Virus record (IMG/VR): IMGVR_UViG_3300045988_015321
Location: 1-46,060 of that record
Direction: 5' to 3' (one strand)
Source: a virus
Length of the DNA: 46,060 bases
Shown piece after piece: positions 15,139 to 22,824 of this stretch (position 1 is the first letter of the stretch; each line of letters begins with the position of its first letter). The position numbers were made by a program, and so were the translations under genes. The notes under the pieces are model-generated. The model made no database searches and was not told the DNA's origin. It was given only the letters and a program-made list of their open reading frames with translations.

Positions 15139-17040
15139 TTAATCAAACACAATATCGTCTGTAATCTCAAAATCATCATTACAATTAACAAATCCTTTTG
15201 GAATTTCATCCACAATTTTCAAGAACACACATTTTGTAACAATTCCGTCCAGTTTCTTCGCCTTGGTCGGATAACCTCTGCTGTCGGTTTCTACAAGCCC
15301 CTTCTTAACAGCCCATGATAAAAATGCTTTTCTGGAGAATCTTCCGATTTTACATAAATCATCAAACGCTGCGCTATAGATTATTGCCGTTGACGTTTTT
15401 TCTACCGGGTCATTGTCAATAATTCCCCATCTTTCTGTTTTGATATCTGGGTTATCGTTAAATTTAATTCCGTTCATGGCAATCTTATCAAGTACAAACC
15501 AGTAGGCACGTTCATTTTCAGATACCCTTTCTTTCTCTGTCAGAAGATTCTTAGCCGTCTCAATGTCAATGTACTGGCCATCATGGAACAGCTGATCTGT
15601 TGCGATTTTATCTGCTGTCAAGATGATGCTCATTGATATACTCTGCTTCTGCATTTTATCATCATCCTGTATAAGGCTCTGAAAATGCTTCTGCATGGAT
15701 TTTATATCGTCAATGGACATTTCCTTAACTACATTTACAAAATCGATTCCTGCGTACCCATAGTTCTTTTTAAGGGTATCTGCGGTAAGCTGCGGATCGT
15801 CAAATATTTTCTCAGAACACTCAACCTCAATAATTCGGTTAATTGCTCCGCCCTGGCTGACATACCCGGCCAGTGGACGTTCACCGTTGGTCAGAATGCA
15901 GTTCTGCCAGCGGTTCTCCCGATTAACACCCAGCTCCTTGTTGGAACGGCTCTTTCCTTTTCCAGAACACAGGTCATATACAATTCCTTCGAAATTATCC
16001 CGGATTTTAGCCGATACTTTGGAAGTATCATCCAGGATCAGCGGTAAGTTGTTGAGCATATCGGATTTTGCTTCCAGGGCCACATCGGTTGTCTTGAAGT
16101 CTCCTATATACCTAGATTCTCCCGGATTTGCCCAGACGGAAGCTCCTAACATAAGCGTCACAGTCTTGCCACCCTCAGTTTCTCCCCAGAGGTCTACAAA
16201 GAACGGAAGTGCGCCAACAAGCTTAATCAGAATACTAGCAAAACTTGCAGCCAACATAATTTTCGGTTCTATTCTTCCAGTAGCACGAACATTTTTTACA
16301 TGTTCATACCATTCTGTTCTGCTGCCGCCTACACTGATACTTTCATACAGTTGTCGGAACCGCATATCTCCATCGAATACAATGTCTTTGTCATAAGGAA
16401 GAAAATAGTCCCTGATCCACCCGATTTTGCTGGATGAATACTGAATGTTGATATAATCGTCATTTGCATTCTCGACATCTGACAGATACCGCACAAGAAA
16501 CTTCGCATTCTCAGATGTTACTGAAATTCCAAGCGCAGACAAGCCTACAATTTTACTGGCTGATGCAACCATGGTTTTCGGTACAATAACCTCTGACCAC
16601 TTATTATTCCTCTTATAGATTAACTTTATCTGCTCTTCACCGGTCTCCAGATTCTTCATTCGTTCGATTGGAAGAATAGGGTGATAACAAGCTATGATGT
16701 CCGGCGATCCTGGATTAGTGTTTGATATTCTGATTCCATCATCGTCTGCTATCCAGTTAAGGCACTTCATTCTGTCATATTCACAATCAGAGAAATCAGT
16801 CCACTGGTCCAGCATAGACAACGTCCTATTGCTTTTCTCTTTCTCGATCATCTGCTTCTGTACTTTAGTGTATGCTTTAAGCAAATCTTCGAATTTTTTC
16901 TTTACGCCAAGCTCCTTGGCCCTATCCAGAAGAGTCAGTGTAAGACGTGCCTTGTATATCTCGTCTTCCTGGCTGAATATCTCGTCAAACACTTCTTCGT
17001 CCAGAATAGAATCCTTCGTGAGCTTGTTTATCATTTCCAC
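15139..17040 (-). CDS. DUF927-type replicative helicase (primase-associated P-loop NTPase)
   Basis: Walker A (WGETEGGKT) and Walker B (LPLILDD) motifs are present in a 633-aa protein, next to a CHC2 zinc-finger gene and the origin. Confidence 0.8.
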   Translation of the reverse strand: MEMINKLTKDSILDEEVFDEIFSQEDEIYKARLTLTLLDRAKELGVKKKFEDLLKAYTKVQKQMIEKEKSNRTLSMLDQWTDFSDCEYDRMKCLNWIADDDGIRISNTNPGSPDIIACYHPILPIERMKNLETGEEQIKLIYKRNNKWSEVIVPKTMVASASKIVGLSALGISVTSENAKFLVRYLSDVENANDDYINIQYSSSKIGWIRDYFLPYDKDIVFDGDMRFRQLYESISVGGSRTEWYEHVKNVRATGRIEPKIMLAASFASILIKLVGALPFFVDLWGETEGGKTVTLMLGASVWANPGESRYIGDFKTTDVALEAKSDMLNNLPLILDDTSKVSAKIRDNFEGIVYDLCSGKGKSRSNKELGVNRENRWQNCILTNGERPLAGYVSQGGAINRIIEVECSEKIFDDPQLTADTLKKNYGYAGIDFVNVVKEMSIDDIKSMQKHFQSLIQDDDKMQKQSISMSIILTADKIATDQLFHDGQYIDIETAKNLLTEKERVSENERAYWFVLDKIAMNGIKFNDNPDIKTERWGIIDNDPVEKTSTAIIYSAAFDDLCKIGRFSRKAFLSWAVKKGLVETDSRGYPTKAKKLDGIVTKCVFLKIVDEIPKGFVNCNDDFEITDDIVFD

Positions 17041-17043
17041 GTA

Positions 17044-17535
17044 TTAATCACCTTCTTCCAGTCCTGCTATGAATCCATGCTTATATAATGCAAGCTGTAA
17101 TTTGTTCCATGCTTCACACCATCCATCTGATAATGGCCTTACTCTGTCAAGAATAGACCTGTAAAAATCAATATCGGACAAACATTCCTGCAATTCTTCA
17201 TTCTTCTTCCGTTCTGCTTTCTCTCTCATTTCTTTTTGCTTCTGAGCGTGATATATTGCCATTCTGGACGAAAAATCAGGTTTATGGTATGTTCCACCAA
17301 GAATCTGAAATGCTGTCTTAAAATCGCAATTATCCATATTCTGAACGAAAGTAAAAATATCTCCTGACGCGCCACATCCGAAGCAATAGTAGCTGTCTTT
17401 GTAAATTTTCAATGAAGCAGTACGGTCACTGGGATGAAATGGGCAACTGATAAAGCCAGCTCTGTTCGGAATCATTCCGTATCTGGAAAGAACATCTCTC
17501 ATGCTGTTCTGCTGTTTAATTGTTTCTTTGTCCAT
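17044..17535 (-). CDS. DnaG-type CHC2 zinc-finger protein; start uncertain
   Basis: CPFHPSDRTASLKIYKDSYYCFGCGASGD is a CHC2 primase zinc finger. The N-terminus of the ORF-track version overlaps the upstream gene. Confidence 0.7.
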   Translation of the reverse strand: MDKETIKQQNSMRDVLSRYGMIPNRAGFISCPFHPSDRTASLKIYKDSYYCFGCGASGDIFTFVQNMDNCDFKTAFQILGGTYHKPDFSSRMAIYHAQKQKEMREKAERKKNEELQECLSDIDFYRSILDRVRPLSDGWCEAWNKLQLALYKHGFIAGLEEGD

Positions 17536-18031
17536 ACGATAGTAGCTCCACAATCTGACGTCCGGTTTCTTCTTTTGTACAGAATTCAAATCGAACTCCA
17601 TATCTATCTCTGATTGTGCAGAGAGATTTATATAACTGACAGCCATCAACAGCCTTTTCAGAAATTACAGTCTTTACTCTCTTACCGTTTACCGTTTTCC
17701 AGATAACTTTATGTTTTCGGGGATTCTCCCAGAAATATACATCACCAACTGATTTAATATCTGGTCCATGTTCACACAGAATAATCAACTGAATACCTGC
17801 TTCACGCGCTCTGATAAGCTCTGCTTTGAATCTTTCATGCTGCTGGCAGACATTTCCACAAAGCTCTTGCAAATCCTTTTTACGGTCAATACAGAGTTTT
17901 GCATTGTCAAGCGATTGATAATCACCGCAATACAGTTTCGAGCGAAAATACTGCACTCCAAGGCTATCAAACTGACTCTGAATCCGTTCCCATTCTGATT
18001 TATGTTCCCTTGTGTCCACTTGTATAACCAT
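17516..18031 (-). CDS. ERCC4 (XPF/Mus81/Hef)-type nuclease
   Basis: VDTREH ... CGDY ... IDRKKDLQEL matches the ERCC4 signature (GDY...ERK..DL). Confidence 0.7.
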   Translation of the reverse strand: MVIQVDTREHKSEWERIQSQFDSLGVQYFRSKLYCGDYQSLDNAKLCIDRKKDLQELCGNVCQQHERFKAELIRAREAGIQLIILCEHGPDIKSVGDVYFWENPRKHKVIWKTVNGKRVKTVISEKAVDGCQLYKSLCTIRDRYGVRFEFCTKEETGRQIVELLSYGQRNN

Positions 18032-18046
18032 TAAAAACACATCCTT

Positions 18047-18655
18047 TTAATTAAATGGAAGTTCTTCGTCAATTCCATCTGGAATACTCATAAAGTCTGT
18101 ACCTGACGGGTTCGCTCCCATGATAGCTTCTTCTTTCAGATGATCGTCATAGGCTTTTGTGGTACGCTCTTCTGGGATATCTGCATCTTTGATTCCTTCA
18201 ATACTGCGGAACCATGCAAGCTTGTGGCGTTTCACTTCTTTATTGTCGTACCAGTCTTTCTCCAGACGGAAGATGCCACCGATCAGCTTGCCTTTAAACT
18301 GCTGTCCGAAGTTATCGCCCCACTTAACAGCAAATCCCGGATTTGACTTTTCTACACATGTAATGAATGTTTTGAGATTACGAACACCATAATCTACACT
18401 CTCGTCAATAACCATGTAGTTTGTACCGGAATTCGGGTATTTCTTGTCTGGACGAATATCGTTCTCAAACTGCTTCATAAAGTAACCTGCCTGCTCGTCT
18501 CCATCTGCAAAATCAAACAGGATAACAATCATATTCAGTCCACCCTGAGACTGACGTTCAGACACCTGTTTAATCACCATTTTGTGACCGCCAAGCTTAA
18601 TTGGTTCAAATTCTCCTGCTGCCTGTGTTGTGTCATAATTCTGTGGTTTTAACAT
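18047..18655 (-). CDS. DUF669-like single-strand DNA-binding protein with an acidic SSB-type tail
   Basis: The C-terminus DGIDEELPFN resembles the SSB tip (D-D-D-I/L-P-F). This is the usual partner of a Sak4-like ATPase. Confidence 0.7.
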   Translation of the reverse strand: MLKPQNYDTTQAAGEFEPIKLGGHKMVIKQVSERQSQGGLNMIVILFDFADGDEQAGYFMKQFENDIRPDKKYPNSGTNYMVIDESVDYGVRNLKTFITCVEKSNPGFAVKWGDNFGQQFKGKLIGGIFRLEKDWYDNKEVKRHKLAWFRSIEGIKDADIPEERTTKAYDDHLKEEAIMGANPSGTDFMSIPDGIDEELPFN

Positions 18656-19023
18656 TTTGATTCCTCCTCAAAACAAATTATTTTTTCGATGCAATCTGAC
18701 GGAACGATTTCTTTATTATCACAAAATACGATTGTCGTTCCATTATTGTCTGCTTTTACAATGTTGATAAGTGACGAATTATACGTATCACCCATAAATG
18801 CCGGGAGATAAAACAAATGACATTCTCTTACGTCTCCATATTTTTCCAGCACATAGTGAACGGAATTATTAATTTTTGAAAATATAGAGCTTAAATTTGA
18901 ATAGCTTTTTGGTTCGACTTTAATCAAATGATCAAAAGAACATTCACCTTTGTATTCATCGATGATAGTATTTAATTCTATTGCGTATTTAAAACAATAG
19001 TTAGTTACTTCCACCATCTTCAA
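18649..19023 (-). CDS. Hypothetical AT-rich ORF inserted between the Sak4-like ATPase and the SSB-like gene
   Basis: 124-aa ORF overlapping both neighbours. Confidence 0.55.
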   Translation of the reverse strand: MKMVEVTNYCFKYAIELNTIIDEYKGECSFDHLIKVEPKSYSNLSSIFSKINNSVHYVLEKYGDVRECHLFYLPAFMGDTYNSSLINIVKADNNGTTIVFCDNKEIVPSDCIEKIICFEEESKC

Positions 19024-19651
19024 TTCCTCCTAATTCGTAGTAGTCTCTGATAACCTTATCCACCTCTGCAAGGTCATTATCAATAGTCAAACTGTCAAAC
19101 ATTCCGATCGGAGACTTGCTTACCGCTCCCTGACTGGACTGAGTGACAAATAAGTGTTTTCCACTCTCTTCGATGCAGCGAAGAACGATGGTAAACATAC
19201 CCTCGATGCAAACTTTTTCGTCCAGAAGCTTACCAATTGTCTTAGGTTTTACTTCCCCGGAATCATCTTTTTCTTCATGCATCATAAGGTAAACAATTTT
19301 ATTCTGCGGTACTTTTGTTACAATGAACTGGATAAGATTCCAGAAATAGTCTCCAATATCATTGTACAGAGCGAACACCGCATTGCCTTTTCCGGCAGAA
19401 GCGTGTCCTTTCATAAAATGATTCGTGATAAGATAACCTGCATCGTCAATCACAATTGACTCCGCTTTTGATGCAATCAGGCACTTCATTACCTGCTGGT
19501 AATCATCTGTAAACCATCCGTCAATCTTTCCTTTAAACGGAAGTGGCTTATTTAATACTCTAATAAGATTCCAGTGTTCATTCTGGCAGTTTCTAAGACT
19601 AGTACTTTTACCGGAACCAGATTTTCCAATAATCAATACTGGTGTTGCCAT
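19001..19651 (-). CDS. Sak4-like RecA-fold ATPase (AAA_24-type)
   Basis: Walker A (IIGKSGSGKST) and Walker B (SIVIDD) motifs, about 216 aa, located in the recombination/replication module. Confidence 0.8.
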   Translation of the reverse strand: MATPVLIIGKSGSGKSTSLRNCQNEHWNLIRVLNKPLPFKGKIDGWFTDDYQQVMKCLIASKAESIVIDDAGYLITNHFMKGHASAGKGNAVFALYNDIGDYFWNLIQFIVTKVPQNKIVYLMMHEEKDDSGEVKPKTIGKLLDEKVCIEGMFTIVLRCIEESGKHLFVTQSSQGAVSKSPIGMFDSLTIDNDLAEVDKVIRDYYELGGIEDGGSN

Positions 19652-19653
19652 TG

Positions 19654-19854
19654 TTATTCCTCCTTGTCATAAACTACATGCTTACTGCCCTCAACGATCA
19701 GCAAACTTGCGATATCTTTCATTGATAAGGTTGATTCGTTATAGATTTCAACCAGTGCGTTGTATGCACCTGCTGATACTTTCACAACCGGGTTATCCTT
19801 ATCAGTTGCCGGCTGCTTCTTTCTTGCCGGAATACGGATTTCAAAATCACTCAT
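19654..19854 (-). CDS. Hypothetical protein
   Basis: 66-aa ORF. Confidence 0.55.
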   Translation of the reverse strand: MSDFEIRIPARKKQPATDKDNPVVKVSAGAYNALVEIYNESTLSMKDIASLLIVEGSKHVVYDKEE

Positions 19855-20017
19855 TGTTTTCCTCCTTACATGATTTCTGAGCCGCTAAAAGCCCATTTAG
19901 TGCTTGCGTGTAACTCGCCAACGTCCTTGCCTTGTACTGTTCCTCTATTGGATTGTCTGGAGCAAGTGCGAGCTGAACATCAATCAGTCTCAAGACTTCC
20001 TGTATTCTTTCGTTCAT
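19847..20017 (-). CDS. Small hypothetical ORF (56 aa)
   Basis: Hand-translated as MNERIQEVLRLIDVQLALAPDNPIEEQYKARTLASYTQALNGLLAAQKSCKEENNE. SD AAGGAG lies 7 nt upstream, and there is an ATGAGTGA overlap with the next gene. Confidence 0.4.
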   Translation of the reverse strand: MNERIQEVLRLIDVQLALAPDNPIEEQYKARTLASYTQALNGLLAAQKSCKEENNE

Positions 20018-20258
20018 AGACTGGCTCCTTTAACTGCTTAAAAAAACAATAGATTGCGTCTGACTTATCACCCATGCCCGGAACCGTCTTACCGTTCTGA
20101 ATAGAATCAGCGGCGTGATATTCGAGATGATCCACAAACATATCTGGATTTTCCCAATCAACAATAGGCACATTTCGCTTGTTCAGTTCCTCCAAGAGGA
20201 CATTCACTGCAAGTACCATATCCCATTTTGGAAGAAGCCTTAATTCTTCAAGATTCAT
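19980..20258 (-). CDS. Hypothetical protein
   Basis: 92-aa ORF. Its 3' end overlaps the small ORF above. Confidence 0.5.
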   Translation of the reverse strand: MNLEELRLLPKWDMVLAVNVLLEELNKRNVPIVDWENPDMFVDHLEYHAADSIQNGKTVPGMGDKSDAIYCFFKQLKEPVYERKNTGSLETD

Positions 20259-20514
20259 TTAACGGACACCTCCCATTGATAAGCAGTTCCAGAAGACATT
20301 TCTTTGCATTTTCGTAATTCTGAGATTCGGACTCAAAGTCGTAAAACTGGCACAATGAAAAATGCTTTACGATCTCCCCTGCATAATTAAATACATAAAT
20401 ATAAACTCTGGATATGTCGTTATACGCCGTATAGTCAAAATTCACATGCGCCGTTGTTTCACTTGAAACTCTCAGACACAAATCAAATATTTCTCTGATT
20501 TTCTCTTCGTTCAT
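20248..20514 (-). CDS. Hypothetical protein
   Basis: 88-aa ORF with SD AAGGAGG. Confidence 0.55.
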   Translation of the reverse strand: MNEEKIREIFDLCLRVSSETTAHVNFDYTAYNDISRVYIYVFNYAGEIVKHFSLCQFYDFESESQNYENAKKCLLELLINGRCPLNES

Positions 20515-20529
20515 AATTTCCTCCTTGTA

Positions 20530-20618
20530 TTGACTTTTGGTTTCTTTCCTTCTACAATGGAGAAGAAATATATTGTCTTGGATCCTTATTTGAGTTGCAG
20601 CTCTGAGGATCCTTTTTT
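20530..20618 (+). ncRNA. Candidate small RNA 1 (promoter plus ~53-nt transcript plus intrinsic terminator)
   Basis: TTGACT (20530-35), 17-nt spacer, TACAAT (20553-58). This is followed by hairpin GGATCCT-19 nt-AGGATCC (20580-20612) and TTTTTT. It is antisense to the intergenic part of the early minus-strand operon. Confidence 0.45.
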
Positions 20619-20629
20619 AGTTGGCATGT

Positions 20630-20782
20630 CTAGCATGTCCATTCTTTCCACGTCCTTGCTATGTACACAGCTCCGATCAGTCCCAACGCTCCCATGATCT
20701 GGTCACGACTGTTGTCCCAGGTCCAGAACGGAAGATACGTTGCTATCCCTCCAATCAGAATGGAGTCTATCCAATCTTTCAT
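20630..20782 (-). CDS. Small hydrophobic peptide (50 aa)
   Basis: Hand-translated as MKDWIDSILIGGIATYLPFWTWDNSRDQIMGALGLIGAVYIARTWKEWTC. ATGA overlap with the upstream gene. Confidence 0.45.
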   Translation of the reverse strand: MKDWIDSILIGGIATYLPFWTWDNSRDQIMGALGLIGAVYIARTWKEWTC

Positions 20783-21015
20783 GTCAAAGCCTCCAATATT
20801 TCCTCGTTAGGGAAGTTCAATCGAATAAAAATATGCCGCAGTTCCGGATACGTGAATGTTTCCGGCTTATTTCGCTTTTTACGGAAAGTGTTTTCAGCCA
20901 TTCCTGTTACTGCTGCCATCTGAGCATCACTTACTCGCTCGGCCTCCATCCTTTTTGCAATATTGCCTTTTAAAAGGATGTATTTCTTTTGCTCTGTGGT
21001 ATATCTGATTGCCAC
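20779..21015 (-). CDS. Small HTH-type DNA-binding protein
   Basis: 78-aa ORF with a GTG start 6 nt after SD GGAGGAAAG. VSDAQMAAVTGMAENTFRKKRN is HTH-like. Confidence 0.6.
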   Translation of the reverse strand: MAIRYTTEQKKYILLKGNIAKRMEAERVSDAQMAAVTGMAENTFRKKRNKPETFTYPELRHIFIRLNFPNEEILEALT

Positions 21016-21031
21016 AGTCTTTCCTCCTTTC

Positions 21032-21202
21032 TTACTTAATAAACATCCATGCAGCGTTTGAAAAAATTAATGCAATCATGGTTACAATCCATGCACAGAA
21101 CCATTTGTGAGCCTGCTTTTTCGCCTCTCTTACAACTTCAACTGCATAGAAAGTTTCTAACTCTTCAAAATTTGTCACTTTTTTATCCTCGGTTTTCTTC
21201 AT
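21032..21202 (-). CDS. Small protein with a C-terminal TM helix (56 aa)
   Basis: Hand-translated as MKKTEDKKVTNFEELETFYAVEVVREAKKQAHKWFCAWIVTMIALIFSNAAWMFIK, with SD AGGAGG. Confidence 0.45.
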   Translation of the reverse strand: MKKTEDKKVTNFEELETFYAVEVVREAKKQAHKWFCAWIVTMIALIFSNAAWMFIK

Positions 21203-21221
21203 AAAAAATCCTCCTGTTCTC

Positions 21222-21333
21222 TTGCGAAATACAGGAAGAAATGATATGATTATCCTGTAATCCGCTAGTGTGGTTAGTGGTTTACAGCTCCGAGGCGAGA
21301 GGTTTCAGCTCTCCTTCGGAGCACTTTATTTTT
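21222..21333 (+). ncRNA. Candidate small RNA 2 (promoter plus ~77-nt transcript plus intrinsic terminator)
   Basis: TTGCGA (21222-27), 17-nt spacer, TGa-TATGAT (21245-50). This is followed by hairpin GCTCCGAGG...CCTTCGGAGC (21287-21322) and a U-rich tail. It is convergent with, and overlaps, the 3' end of the repeat gene. Confidence 0.4.
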
Positions 21334-22066
21334 CAAAATGATTTTCCATAAGGTCAGCAATCATCAGATACTCTTCTGCAATTTTCCCTTTTCTTGTATT
21401 TTTAACCTGTTCACGGAATTCCGGAATAGTCCCAAAGAAGCATCCGCATGCAACTCTGACCTTTTTATCTTTGCATCTAAAAAACGTAGTGGTACGGAAT
21501 TGAGCACCAAATCCATGAATAGTTGTGTAATCTGCATCGCCGTACACCTTTGCATCGCCGTACACCTTTGCATCGCCGTACACAATTGCATCGCCGGACA
21601 CCTCTGCATTGCCGTACACCTTTGCATCGCCGGACACCTCTGCATTGCCGTACACAATTGCATCGCCGGACACCCATGCATTGCCGGACACCATTGCATT
21701 GCCGTACACAATTGCATCGCCGGACACCTTTGCATTGCCGTACACCTTTGCATCGCCGGACACCTCTGCATTGCCGTACACCTTTGCATCGCCGTACACC
21801 CATGCATTGCCGGACACCATTGCATTGCCGTACACAATTGCATCGCCGGACACCCATGCATTGCCGGACACCTTTGCATTGCCGTACACAATTGCATCGC
21901 CGGACACCCATGCATTGCCGGACTGGTTTACATTTCCTTCTTTTTCTACCCATCCGCCAGTTTCTCCGGCTTCTACATCCGCAAATGAAATGAGTGCTTT
22001 GATTCGGAAAAGTTTCTTTCCGAAAATGTTAATTTTGGTTTCTGATGTTAATTCAAATTTCTTCAT
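21326..22066 (-). CDS. Hexapeptide-repeat (beta-helix/bactofilin-like) protein
   Basis: About 22 consecutive G-[ND]-A-x-V-[SY] hexapeptides sit between a ~55-aa N-terminal domain and a ~65-aa Cys-containing C-terminal domain. Confidence 0.8.
   Translation of the reverse strand: MKKFELTSETKINIFGKKLFRIKALISFADVEAGETGGWVEKEGNVNQSGNAWVSGDAIVYGNAKVSGNAWVSGDAIVYGNAMVSGNAWVYGDAKVYGNAEVSGDAKVYGNAKVSGDAIVYGNAMVSGNAWVSGDAIVYGNAEVSGDAKVYGNAEVSGDAIVYGDAKVYGDAKVYGDADYTTIHGFGAQFRTTTFFRCKDKKVRVACGCFFGTIPEFREQVKNTRKGKIAEEYLMIADLMENHFEK
21531..21922. repeat. Tandem 18-bp (hexapeptide-coding) repeat array, about 22 units
   Basis: Unit gcatYgccgKacacNNNt, with higher-order near-identical 36-90-bp blocks. All six frames stay open across the array. 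Confidence 0.9.
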
Positions 22067-22108
22067 TTTCTTTATCCTCCTTAATTACTGTGAATGCACA
22101 GTTTCTTT

Positions 22109-22137
22109 GTTTCGTTTTTTGGATTTTGTGTTATACT
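22109..22137 (+). promoter_or_regulatory. Extended -10 promoter for the plus-strand moron
   Basis: TGt-TATACT at 22129-22137. The -35 is weak. Confidence 0.4.
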
Positions 22138-22161
22138 CTCCTTTGGAAAGGAGGTGTAATA

Positions 22162-22350
22162 ATGACGGATAATGAAAAACGCGCACATGATTTAGCCATT
22201 GTAATTTGCACTGATGTTTGCCATTTAAAACGTCAATCTCAAGTTGATGCTGGCAAAACTCATGTAACCGTCGATTATTTCGAAGAATACATAAATGCTT
22301 ATGAATCCGCATTAGAAGCATTCAACGAAAAATATCCATCTGGCAAATAG
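22162..22350 (+). CDS. Small plus-strand hypothetical protein (62 aa), moron-like
   Basis: SD AAAGGAGGTG lies 7 nt before the ATG at 22162 (MTDNEKRAHDLAIVICTDVCHL...). It has its own promoter and terminator and points against the early operon. Confidence 0.6.
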   Translation: MTDNEKRAHDLAIVICTDVCHLKRQSQVDAGKTHVTVDYFEEYINAYESALEAFNEKYPSGK

Positions 22351-22381
22351 GTTTCTTATTAATCAAACATGTTAAGGAAAT

Positions 22382-22436
22382 AGGTTTCTTTGATGTTCGC
22401 ACCATCTTGGAAACCTTTTTCTTTTTTTTCTTGTTG
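22382..22436 (+). terminator. Putative terminator of the moron
   Basis: AGGTTTC-21 nt-GAAACCT is followed by a long T-rich run. Confidence 0.5.
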
Positions 22437-22456
22437 CTCATAAAATTTGCTCCTTT

Positions 22457-22663
22457 CTATTCCGGTAACTTTGGTTCAAGAAACTTGTCTGTTCCAACAG
22501 ATAACGCCCCACAAATTAATTCGTATTCATCGAAATCTAATCTGCGATTTCCATTGAGAGAAAGATTGAGTTTCTGAACAGGAATGCCAGTTTTGTTGGC
22601 GACAAATGTCTGCGTTATACCGTTGTTTTCAAGGTACGACTTAATCTTTTTACCAACGCACAT
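22457..22663 (-). CDS. Cro-like XRE-family HTH protein
   Basis: ITQTFVANKTGIPVQKLNLSLNG is an HTH_3-type motif. 68 aa, divergent from the cI-like gene. Confidence 0.8.
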   Translation of the reverse strand: MCVGKKIKSYLENNGITQTFVANKTGIPVQKLNLSLNGNRRLDFDEYELICGALSVGTDKFLEPKLPE

Positions 22664-22710
22664 TCTTCATTTCTCCTTTCTATTTAATTTCGTTCCTATC
22701 GAACAATTAC

Positions 22711-22800
22711 AGTATAACTTCGAATTACTCGAATGTCAAGAAGAAATTTCGAGGAAATCGAAATTATTTTATTGACAGTTCGAAATTTCTATATTATTAT
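22711..22800. promoter_or_regulatory. Lysis/lysogeny switch: divergent promoters with TCGAA-type operators
   Basis: Minus strand has TTGACA (22739-34), 17-nt spacer, TATACT (22716-11). Plus strand has TTGACA (22772-77), 17-nt spacer, TATTAT (22795-800). Palindromes are TTCGAattacTCGAA (22719-33), ATTTCGAggaaaTCGAAAT (22746-64) and GTTCGAAATTTC (22778-89). Confidence 0.75.
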
Positions 22801-22824
22801 TAGCTATGAAGGGAGGAAACGATA

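Noticed and set aside
15685-16396. Plus-strand ORFs (120 and 169 aa) inside the helicase gene, with similar ones inside the tail-fibre gene (for example 32403-32876) and the portal gene (4775-5143).
   Set aside because: They are antisense to long genes with clear motifs, have no RBS, and show no recognisable domains.
21338-21993. Five additional long ORFs in other frames and on the other strand across the hexapeptide gene (for example 21338-21988 +, 21364-21915 -, 21477-21953 -, 21523-21993 +, 21609-22172 +).
   Set aside because: They are by-products of the 18-bp tandem repeat, which contains no stop codon in any frame. They translate to monotonous CIAVH/RRTPLH-type strings and lack RBSs. 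Only 21326-22066 (-) has defined N- and C-terminal domains and fits the operon.
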